Positions 7,375-15,581 are shown, counted from the stretch's first letter. The stretch: DNA of 64,000 nt from Victivallales bacterium (GCA_045612485.1 JAZKZE010000109.1:1483-65482); one strand, 5' to 3'. Translations and numbers: made by a program. Notes: generated from the letters alone by a model not told the origin.

Positions 7375-10260
7375 ATGTTTTATAAGCTCATTCAACAAAA
7401 ACGCGATCAATGGCTGGCAACAAAAGATTGTCCAGTACGTGAATTGCTGTCTTATATCATCGGCAAAGCAAAGTTGCGAGATGCTCAAACTGAAGCAATC
7501 AAGACTTATCTTTTTCTGAAAATTGCTTGTCAATGCCGTTCTTTGTATGAGCTCTTTGTGAATGGATACTTCAACTCTGCAATCAACTGGGATAATCTTG
7601 AACTGACTGCAACTGCACGTGAATGTTTGCGGAATAATCCAGCTGCAGCGGCTCTGTACGAATATGCCTCTATGCCTAATGCTGATGGCAAAGTGTTCTC
7701 GCCTAAAGTTCTCAGTAAAATCAAATCTGCTCCCAACGCAATTGATTATAAAGCGTTTTTCAAAAATGCTTTTTACGATGTCTCTTATTCCGACTACCTT
7801 TTCAGTTTACCAATGGGCGCAGGCAAGACTTATTTAATGGCAGCGTTCATTTATCTGGACTTGTATTTTGCCGAGAATGAACCTGATAATCCGGCGTTTG
7901 CTCATAACTTTATCATTCTTGCGCCATCTGGCTTAAAGTCTTCAGTCATTCCGAGTTTGCGTACAATTCAAAACTTTGATCCGGCATGGGTGATTCCGGA
8001 GCCTGCTGCAAGTAATTTGAAACGCAAGCTGATATTTGAGGTGCTTGATCAGAATAAGAGTGCAAACAAGTCCAACAAGACTAAGAATCCGAATGTTCAG
8101 AAGATTGCCATTCATCAGCCATTGCAAGAATTGTTCGGCTTGGTTGCGGTCACTAATGCTGAAAAAGTTATCCTTGACCGGGTTGATCTGGATGAAAAAA
8201 CTGGACAATTGCAGTTGATTGAAAAGACTGATGATGACAAAGACTGTCAGGCTAACGAGTTACGCAACCTCATTGGCAAACTGCCACACCTTTCTGTTTT
8301 CATTGATGAAGTTCATCATGCTGCGACTGATGATAAGAAGCTCCGTGCCGTAGTCAATAATTGGATGGTAAATCACACGCTGAACAGTGTAATCGGTTTT
8401 TCCGGAACACCATACTTGGCAAAGACTGAAAAGATTGCTGTAGCAGAAGGTTTAACCGTTGCATCCATAGAAATCTCCAATATTGTTTACTATTATCCAC
8501 TGGTGAATGGCATTGGCAACTTTCTGAAAATGCCAACGGTGAAAATTGTCAAAGATCTCTCGCGAATGCAGATTGTTGAACAAGGTATCCGGGATTTCTT
8601 TGCCAGCTACAAAGACACAGTCTATCCTGACGGGACTTGTGCCAAACTGGGAATTTACTGTGGTCTTATTGAAACACTGGAAACAGAAATTTATCCGTTA
8701 GCAGTAAAACTTGCAGAAGAGTACGGATTTAATACATCGGAAGTAATTCTGCGTTACCACGGAGGCAATAAGATTTATCCTAAACCGGTAGACAGCGATC
8801 TTGAGTTTGCCAGTTTGGATAAGTCTTTCTCAAAGATCCGCATTGTACTGCTTGCACAAATCGGTAAAGAGGGATGGGATTGCCGCAGTTTGACCGGAAT
8901 CATTCTTTCACAAGAGGGTGATTGCCCCACCAATATGGTGTTACAAACTTCTTGTCGTTGTCTTCGTCAGGTTGCAAAAAATGTTACGGAAACTGCATTG
9001 ATTTGCTTGAATGACAGCAATGCAGAAGCTCTTAATAAACAATTGGAACAGCAACAGCACATTTCGATATCAGAGTTTGAGCGCGGTTCATCGGCACAAC
9101 AGACTGAATTAAAGCGGTTTGATCGCACAAAGCATTTATCATTGCCGCCAGTCAAATTCTATCAGTTGCGGGTACAACATCAGGAATTGGTCATTGATGA
9201 AAAACGGGATACCGTGCAGGAGTTGTCTGTATCTGTCGATAATACCGAACACTACGGTTCGATGAATACGGCAGAGATGAAAGACCACTTGCAAAACACC
9301 GGTATTGCAACTCAACTTACCGGTACTGATAAAATCATCGCCAATTACAACGCCTGGCTCTACAATATTGCCAAAGGCGGTTTCGGTTTGATTGCAGATT
9401 CTATGAAGTTGCTTCAACCGTATGATGCCGTATTGAAAGAGTTGTTTGCCAAGATCACCATTTCTGAAGATGGCGTAACTTATTTCAATCCGGCGTACCG
9501 TCTCGACTTGATCAACGCCAATATCCGAAAAGCCTTTTATGCCAAGCGCACTTTCAAAAGCAGTGAAGAGTTGATACCGGAAGATGCCAGACTTCTGAAA
9601 GTTGAAAACTTCACCTCAACCATACCGACTGCAACTCCGGAAAACTTTTATCCTGATCAATCAACCGTGCAGCGTATTGTCGATGCAGATGAGGGGAAAG
9701 GTTTGTCTGAAGAACAGCAAAAAACAATTGAAATGCTGGAAAGTATCGGACAGAAAGCTATGGCAGACAAGTTGCGCAATGAAATTGATGTGCCTCCTCA
9801 CAAAGACCAATCATATCACTATCTGCCATATCGCACTGACAGCAGCTTTGAACAGCTCTTTTTGCAGGAAGTTCTGTTGCTTGATTGCGTCAATGCGTTG
9901 AATTTGGAAGTTTATTATAACGGCGACCGGGCATTGACAGAATTCAAGATACGTTGTTATAAAAAGACGGGTTCCTATTGGAAATACATTGGGATGTATA
10001 CACCGGACTTTCTCATCATTCAACGCAAAGATGGAGCGATCCATCGGGCGATCATTGTTGAGACCAAGGGGGTGATTTATGCCCATGACCCGACCTTTAA
10101 AGATAAGAAAGCATTTGTTGAGAGCACATTCCTGCAGAAAAACAATGAGACTTTCAAGTACGCCCGCTTTGAGTACCTTTATTTGGAAGATTCTGAATCA
10201 GAGCAAGAACGGATAAATAAAACTGCAACTGCGATTAAAGATTTCTTTGAGGAGCTGTGA
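7375..10260 (+). CDS. Type III restriction Res-like SF2 helicase fused to a C-terminal PD-(D/E)XK nuclease
   Basis: Helicase motifs: SLPMGAGKT (I), VFIDEVHHA (II, DEVH), GFSGTPY (III), GKEGWDCRSL, QTSCRCLRQ (VI). C-terminal nuclease core YTPDFLII...AIIVETKG. The length (961 aa) and architecture match Res subunits. Confidence 0.85.
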   Translation: MFYKLIQQKRDQWLATKDCPVRELLSYIIGKAKLRDAQTEAIKTYLFLKIACQCRSLYELFVNGYFNSAINWDNLELTATARECLRNNPAAAALYEYASMPNADGKVFSPKVLSKIKSAPNAIDYKAFFKNAFYDVSYSDYLFSLPMGAGKTYLMAAFIYLDLYFAENEPDNPAFAHNFIILAPSGLKSSVIPSLRTIQNFDPAWVIPEPAASNLKRKLIFEVLDQNKSANKSNKTKNPNVQKIAIHQPLQELFGLVAVTNAEKVILDRVDLDEKTGQLQLIEKTDDDKDCQANELRNLIGKLPHLSVFIDEVHHAATDDKKLRAVVNNWMVNHTLNSVIGFSGTPYLAKTEKIAVAEGLTVASIEISNIVYYYPLVNGIGNFLKMPTVKIVKDLSRMQIVEQGIRDFFASYKDTVYPDGTCAKLGIYCGLIETLETEIYPLAVKLAEEYGFNTSEVILRYHGGNKIYPKPVDSDLEFASLDKSFSKIRIVLLAQIGKEGWDCRSLTGIILSQEGDCPTNMVLQTSCRCLRQVAKNVTETALICLNDSNAEALNKQLEQQQHISISEFERGSSAQQTELKRFDRTKHLSLPPVKFYQLRVQHQELVIDEKRDTVQELSVSVDNTEHYGSMNTAEMKDHLQNTGIATQLTGTDKIIANYNAWLYNIAKGGFGLIADSMKLLQPYDAVLKELFAKITISEDGVTYFNPAYRLDLINANIRKAFYAKRTFKSSEELIPEDARLLKVENFTSTIPTATPENFYPDQSTVQRIVDADEGKGLSEEQQKTIEMLESIGQKAMADKLRNEIDVPPHKDQSYHYLPYRTDSSFEQLFLQEVLLLDCVNALNLEVYYNGDRALTEFKIRCYKKTGSYWKYIGMYTPDFLIIQRKDGAIHRAIIVETKGVIYAHDPTFKDKKAFVESTFLQKNNETFKYARFEYLYLEDSESEQERINKTATAIKDFFEEL

Positions 10261-10261
10261 G

Positions 10262-11107
10262 ATGAATTATCTTGATTACCGAGAAGCTTTAGGGATTTGT
10301 TTTAATGATAAAGGAAAACAAAAGTTATTTATAAACAGAATGCAAGTATACCTTCAATCTCATCCCACGAGTATATTCAATGATGAACAAGAAATCGGTT
10401 TTTGTTATGCAATAGGGGCAATTTGTGAATTAAATAATGATCCATATGCACTTGCCGATTTACAATTGCACAAGCCAAAAGGTTTTCAACGGGTTTGGCT
10501 TTATCTTGCTGAAAAACAAAATAACTTTAAAGATTTTCTCGCAGCACTCATTGTTTTTGCAAATAGTTATTCAGGGAATGCAACCACAAAAAAGAGTGTT
10601 ATTGCCGTTATAAAAAGGGGATTAAAAGATAGTAATATCCAATTTGACATTTTTAAAGATAAAGATGATATATTTATCTTTCCGAAAGGTGCGAAAGAAC
10701 TTGATGACAAACTTGTAACTGAACCATTGCAATGGCTGACTGAATATCCAAATGCAAGAATAGCTTGGAATAATGCACTAAAAGCCTATGCTGATGCCAC
10801 TGATGAAAATGCCAGTGACTGTGCCGATTTATTCCGAAAAGCTCTTGAACAATTTTTCAGAGAATTTTTCGGCGGTAAAAAGTCATTGGAAAATTACAGA
10901 TCCGGATACGGAAACTTTATGGAAAATTATGGTATTCCCGCTGAACTGAGCAATTCTTTTGAAAAGGTTTTGAATCAATATACCACTTATATGAATAATT
11001 ATGCCAAACACGGAAACGGTACTTCAAAAATCGCTTTGGAATACATAATGTACCAGACGGGCAGTTTAATACGATTTTTAATTACGCTGAAGCAAGAGGA
11101 GAAATGA
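10262..11107 (+). CDS. hypothetical protein (281 aa), no recognisable family, between res-like and mod-like genes
   Basis: ATG at 10262, 1 nt after the helicase stop (10258-10260). Its stop overlaps the MTase start as ATGA (11104-11107). The C-terminal half looks helical (IAWNNALKAYADATDENASDCADLFRKALEQFFREFF). No Rx4-6H, Walker or nuclease motif seen. Confidence 0.7.
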   Translation: MNYLDYREALGICFNDKGKQKLFINRMQVYLQSHPTSIFNDEQEIGFCYAIGAICELNNDPYALADLQLHKPKGFQRVWLYLAEKQNNFKDFLAALIVFANSYSGNATTKKSVIAVIKRGLKDSNIQFDIFKDKDDIFIFPKGAKELDDKLVTEPLQWLTEYPNARIAWNNALKAYADATDENASDCADLFRKALEQFFREFFGGKKSLENYRSGYGNFMENYGIPAELSNSFEKVLNQYTTYMNNYAKHGNGTSKIALEYIMYQTGSLIRFLITLKQEEK

Positions 11108-12984
11108 TTATGCCGATCAAATATATACCGTTCTTTCCGGAGCCGATCGAAGGTCAGGCTTTGTTGGATAATTTCAAACGTACGCTGCGCTACAAAGGGG
11201 CGTATGATGTCACTGATAAATTGAAACGCGGTATGCCGCTGTATGAAATGGAAAAACAGGAAACCATCGGTACCAATCCTGACGGTAATATGGTTATCAG
11301 GGGCGAATGTGTTTCTGCCTGTGCTTATTTGAAAGAACAGGGTATAACCGTTGACCTTGTTTACATTGACCCGCCCTTTGCCAGCGGAGCTGACTATGCC
11401 AAAAAGATTTATATCCGCCGTAACCCGAAAGTGGCAGAAGCCATTGCCAAAGCAGAGGAAGAGTTGGAAGATAAAGACTTCAAAGAATTTGAAGAAGTAA
11501 TGTACGGCGATGTTTGGGATAAAGAAAAATATCTCAACTGGATGTATGAAAACCTTTGCGCCATCAAGTCAGTTATGAGTGAAACTGCCAGTATTTATGT
11601 TCATTTGGATTGGCATATTGGGCATTATGTAAAAATCTTGATGGATGAAATCTTTGGAGAGGAGAATTTCATCAATGAGATAATTTGGCATTTCGCAGAC
11701 AACTTTCAAGGAAATGTCAAAGGTTTTGCGACAAATCACAACACTATATTTTGGTATTGCAAAAATAATAATACTTATAACCACAATAAGGTGATGATTC
11801 CGCTGGATACCCCCACGAAAAGAGATAAGCGCATATGGGACAGTAAACTTAATAAACTCGTATCTGCAAGAGATGAAAATGGCAATTTGATATACGAAAC
11901 ATTTACAGAAAAAAAAGCAGATGATGTCTGGGAAATCGGACAAACTTCTGTAACAAAAGAACACAGTTCAGAATTTGTTGGTTATGCGACACAAAAGCCG
12001 GAAGAATTATTAAGAAGAGTAATTGAGGCTAGTTCCAGTGAAAATATGTTGATTGCCGACTTTTTCGGCGGCAGTGGTGTTGCTGCTGCAGTTGCAAATA
12101 AGTTAGGGCGGCGTTTTATTCATTGTGACATTGGCATCAATTCTATCCAAACGACCCGCGACCGACTGCTGGCAGACAAGGCTGAATTTGATGTATTGGA
12201 AATCAAAGACGGCGTTTCTCTCTACCGTAATCCGCAGCAAACTATGGATAAAATCAAATCTTTGATTCCCGGTCTGCGTAACGAAGATTCTCTGGATTCA
12301 TTCTGGGAAGGGGCGATTTTTGACAGCAAACTTGGCATGGTTCCCGTATATGTGCCGAATTTGATGGACAGCAGCACCAAATTGCTGGATGTAGTGTTGA
12401 TAAACCGCATTATCAATGTGGCAATTCCCGATCTTGACAATACCGTAAAAAAAGTCATTGTTTACTATGTGGATATTTCTGATCCGGAAGAAATCCGAAA
12501 CTTTATCAAAAATGACACCACGACCGATAAAGAAATTGAGTTGCGTGATCTGAAAGAGGTTCTGGACGATGTTGTAGCCGAAGATTATGCCGAATTTTCC
12601 TGTAAGCAAATACAGGATGGATTATTTACCGGATACTGTATTGAAATCAATAAATTTTCCAGCGACCGGGTTTATGACAAAATCCATACCTATAACGATA
12701 AAGGAAAATTCAATATCAATGGGAAGAAAACATTTACGCCAATCACCATCAGTGATACAGGTTTGGAACTCATTGAATTTCTCTCCGTTGACTGTACCGC
12801 AACTGATGGCATTTGGCATTCTGACAGCGAAATCAAGATAGATAAACTCGGCTACGTCATCCGCAACGGCATAAAGACCAAAGATTTCTGGGACGCTACA
12901 ATCACCAGCGATAAACAGCCACTCCGTCTGAAAATTCGCAACATCTGCGGCGATGAAACCGTGTTGAAAGTAGCAAAGGAATGA
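11104..12984 (+). CDS. Site-specific DNA methyltransferase, beta-class N6A/N4C (type III Mod-like), with ~270-aa C-terminal extension
   Basis: Motif IV is DLVYIDPPFASGADY (aa ~85-99). The motif LDWHIGHYVKILMDEIFGEENFINEIIW is typical of the N-4/N-6 methylase family. Motif I is ADFFGGSGVAAAVA (aa ~319). The order IV-TRD-I indicates beta class. Confidence 0.9.
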   Translation: MIMPIKYIPFFPEPIEGQALLDNFKRTLRYKGAYDVTDKLKRGMPLYEMEKQETIGTNPDGNMVIRGECVSACAYLKEQGITVDLVYIDPPFASGADYAKKIYIRRNPKVAEAIAKAEEELEDKDFKEFEEVMYGDVWDKEKYLNWMYENLCAIKSVMSETASIYVHLDWHIGHYVKILMDEIFGEENFINEIIWHFADNFQGNVKGFATNHNTIFWYCKNNNTYNHNKVMIPLDTPTKRDKRIWDSKLNKLVSARDENGNLIYETFTEKKADDVWEIGQTSVTKEHSSEFVGYATQKPEELLRRVIEASSSENMLIADFFGGSGVAAAVANKLGRRFIHCDIGINSIQTTRDRLLADKAEFDVLEIKDGVSLYRNPQQTMDKIKSLIPGLRNEDSLDSFWEGAIFDSKLGMVPVYVPNLMDSSTKLLDVVLINRIINVAIPDLDNTVKKVIVYYVDISDPEEIRNFIKNDTTTDKEIELRDLKEVLDDVVAEDYAEFSCKQIQDGLFTGYCIEINKFSSDRVYDKIHTYNDKGKFNINGKKTFTPITISDTGLELIEFLSVDCTATDGIWHSDSEIKIDKLGYVIRNGIKTKDFWDATITSDKQPLRLKIRNICGDETVLKVAKE

Positions 12985-12987
12985 GTA

Positions 12988-13737
12988 ATGACAAAAATAA
13001 AAGATAAAATAAAAGATTGTTTCCAACAGGCAAACCTGATTGCAGCAGGCTTGAATAACAAGAATATCGATCAAAATATGGTAGCAAAGCTTCTTCGACT
13101 AATTCGAGAACTTTACTGTCTATTACCTGCCTCTATGGTAGAAACTAAAAATGCTTTGAAAACTTGGGACAAGAATTTTTCTCAACTAAATTATATCCAG
13201 CTGCCGTATTGCTTAGGACATATACAAGGTTGCCTTCAAGTTCTACTTGATTACCCAATTGATATTCCCTCAAAAAAGATTTTCATCAGTCACTCCTCTA
13301 ATGACAAAGATATTGTAGATGCATTTGTAACCTTATTATGTATGGGAGGGGGTTTTTCTCCGAATGATATTTTTTGTACATCTTTTATCGGAGGAAAAGT
13401 AAAAAATGGAGAAGATCTGCGAGAGCATATACAAAGCAATGTAAATTTTACTGATTTTGCCATCCTCTTAATTTCTCCAAATTATAAACAGAGTGCGGTT
13501 TGTCTTAATGAAATGGGGGCTGTTTGGGCTATCAATAAAAAAGTCAAAACATATGTTTTACCAGGACTTCAAGAATCTGAAGTTGGTTGGCTTATTGATA
13601 CTAAAGCGGCAGAGAAAATCAACGATATGACAGCCCTTGCCTCTCTTTACGACGAATTTGCTAAATTTTATAAACTTTCAGGCAATACAGAATTATGGAC
13701 AGCACAAGCAATGAAGTTTTGTAATATATTTAATTAA
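12988..13737 (+). CDS. TIR-domain protein (ThsB-like) with ~97-aa N-terminal helical region
   Basis: ATG lies 3 nt after the MTase stop. TIR signature KKIFISHSSNDKDIVDAFVTLL, and a conserved Glu context in AVCLNEMGAVWAINK. Confidence 0.85.
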   Translation: MTKIKDKIKDCFQQANLIAAGLNNKNIDQNMVAKLLRLIRELYCLLPASMVETKNALKTWDKNFSQLNYIQLPYCLGHIQGCLQVLLDYPIDIPSKKIFISHSSNDKDIVDAFVTLLCMGGGFSPNDIFCTSFIGGKVKNGEDLREHIQSNVNFTDFAILLISPNYKQSAVCLNEMGAVWAINKKVKTYVLPGLQESEVGWLIDTKAAEKINDMTALASLYDEFAKFYKLSGNTELWTAQAMKFCNIFN

Positions 13738-13769
13738 GACGCAATTGCGATAAATATTGGAGATAACAA

Positions 13770-14075
13770 ATGGATAAAGCTGATATTTTGTTGCATATAG
13801 AAAACATAAAAAAACAACTGAGTTTAGGGCAAGCCTCTCTAATGGTCGGTGCGGGTTTTTCTCTCAATGCTGATCGTAAAAATTCCGCAACACCATTACC
13901 TCCTGATTGGAATAAACTTTCGGATGAATTCATCAAGGAATTATATGATACATTCCCTGATGAATACCAAAAACGAATGCGCCAGTCAAAAAATGTATTA
14001 CAACTGGCCCAGGAATATGATTCAACTTTCTTACGTAGCAAGTTATACAGAGGACATCAAAACAAAGTGGCTTGA
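13770..14075 (+). pseudogene. SIR2-family (ThsA-like) N-terminal fragment; remainder missing or frameshifted up to ~14407
   Basis: The 101-aa ORF contains ASLMVGAGFSLNADRKNSATPLPPDWNKLSDEFIKEL...LQLAQEYDSTF. This parallels the SIR2_2/ThsA N-terminus (..FaGAGlS...sW..L....LAqyy). No TTNYD or later SIR2 motif follows. Downstream sequence to 14407 is split over two other frames, with one shift at an A8 run (14213-14221). Confidence 0.5.
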
Positions 14076-14319
14076 TTTAATGTTTTCTATATTTCGCTGG
14101 AGTAGAGAAAATAATAATGTCAGTAAACAGAAACAATATTATGATTTATTAAAAAAAATAGCTGATGAAAAAGATAATTCTATTCAGGATAGGTTACATT
14201 TTGATGATAAAAGAAAAAAAATTTGATTCAACTCTCAATAAAGAGTTTGTTACCGCAATCACTTCCCCAGATGCTAAGCTATTGAGCAATTACGAACAAG
14301 CAATTTATAATGCGTATTA

Positions 14320-15390
14320 TTATGCAAAAAGAGAAATAATACCAGCTGTTCCGAAAAAAGTCACGGATTTATTAGTGTATTCTTCCATAATAATATCATC
14401 TATATAAAGTTGGCAGATCTCATTCAACCGCATCCCCTGATAGAGGGCAATCAAATTCACCCAGTAACGCATAGGATAGAGTTTAGGCATGAAACGGGGA
14501 CGGTTGGGAAGATCGCCGATCATGCGGAATATGGAGGAAAGCTCCTGCACAGTAAAAGGAGGACGCAACTCTCTTACATCACAGAATTCCGAACGGTCAG
14601 ACAAACCCGCAGCTGGATTTTTCACCATAAAGTCCGCCTGTACCGACCAATTAAAAAAGCCGTTCCAGAACTCCATATATCTTTCAATGGTGGTATCAGA
14701 AATGTAGTCTTTTACATTTTTCAGTTTCAGGACTTCCGGTAAAGGCACACCAGGATAAAGTTTCTTTCTGTTTTTAGGGTACTTTTTCAGAAGATTACAC
14801 CGTACATCTATCATTACAGCTCTATTGAGTTTCCCTATATCAAAATCCCCTCCCAGATACTCCATCAGCAAAGAAAGGGCATTGCTTCTGTCCTTTTCTG
14901 TTTTTGGATTCATGCTGCTCTTTTCCTCTTTCTCCCTTAAATATAAAGAACAACATTCCTGCAGCTTGTGATAAGGATGAGGTGTTTTGGCTGTTTCTAT
15001 ATGCTTTTCCGGCAGATTTTGAGGAAGTTGGAGTTCTATATTGAGGGTACGGAAGATTTGCGTTAGAAAGCACTGCAGAAGGTCACTGTGTTGAGGTGAC
15101 ATCTGCCGTATTTCCTGTATTTGCGGCAAAGGGGTGGTTCGATAGAGTTCTTCATTACAGATCTCATTGACCAATTCTTTGAGTATCGTTTTATTTACCA
15201 TCCCTTTTATGGCTCGCCGGAAGAGATGTTTTAATCGTATGGAACAAGCAAGACACCGGGATTCTATTTCCGGTATATCAAAAGTCAATTCCTTTGTTAT
15301 ATATTTAGGTAGATGCTCCCATAATGCTTTCGGTGTCTTCATCCAAAATCGAATTCTTTTTCCATTCTTGTGGCAATAAGTTTTACCCAT
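14320..15390 (-). CDS. Tyrosine recombinase/phage-type integrase, apparently C-terminally truncated (catalytic His/Arg/Tyr region absent)
   Basis: The N-terminus MGKTYCHKNGKRIRFWMKTPKAL and the core-binding region are typical of tRNA-associated integrases. The catalytic domain begins (PMRYWVNLIALYQGMRLNEICQLYIDDI, box I Arg), but the ORF stops about 25 aa later. Lies adjacent to tRNA-Tyr. Confidence 0.75.
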   Translation of the reverse strand: MGKTYCHKNGKRIRFWMKTPKALWEHLPKYITKELTFDIPEIESRCLACSIRLKHLFRRAIKGMVNKTILKELVNEICNEELYRTTPLPQIQEIRQMSPQHSDLLQCFLTQIFRTLNIELQLPQNLPEKHIETAKTPHPYHKLQECCSLYLREKEEKSSMNPKTEKDRSNALSLLMEYLGGDFDIGKLNRAVMIDVRCNLLKKYPKNRKKLYPGVPLPEVLKLKNVKDYISDTTIERYMEFWNGFFNWSVQADFMVKNPAAGLSDRSEFCDVRELRPPFTVQELSSIFRMIGDLPNRPRFMPKLYPMRYWVNLIALYQGMRLNEICQLYIDDIIMEEYTNKSVTFFGTAGIISLFA

Positions 15391-15418
15391 ACATTCCTTT
15401 CAGAGGAGAGGAGAGAAA

Positions 15419-15466
15419 GTAAACCAGAAAGTAAACCGAAAAGTAAACCGAAAAGTAAACCATCTT
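15419..15466. repeat. 4 x 12-bp direct tandem repeat (AGTAAACCGAAA-like) just upstream of the integrase start
   Basis: Units are agtaaaccagaa / agtaaaccgaaa / agtaaaccgaaa / agtaaaccatct, read directly from the sequence. They lie 29 bp upstream of the int ATG (15390) on the minus strand. Confidence 0.8.
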
Positions 15467-15540
15467 CCCCCACACCCTTTTTCGGCAACATCTGCAACAA
15501 GCACCGGCAAAAGGTATAATGAGCGTAACGGCAGGAGTTT

Positions 15541-15569
15541 AAAACAAAAAAGCCGTCGTAATGACGGCT
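15541..15569 (-). terminator. Rho-independent terminator downstream of the tRNA pair
   Basis: Minus strand reads AGCCGTC-attac-GACGGCT followed by TTTTTTGTTTT. Confidence 0.7.
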
Positions 15570-15581
15570 GACAGATCAAAA

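Larger units (their letters stand above)
1..15581. mobile_element. tRNA-Tyr-adjacent mosaic genomic island (left end outside window) carrying R-M/defence and MGE-type genes; integrase apparently disabled
   Basis: An integrase-family ORF (14320-15390) lies about 190 bp from the 3' end of tRNA-Tyr. Every gene to its left is MGE or defence type (HsdM, DUF1016, DUF932, Cas4-like nuclease, clamp homolog, Res/Mod/TIR). Every gene to the right is housekeeping. Spot GC counts are lower in parts of the island. Confidence 0.6.
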
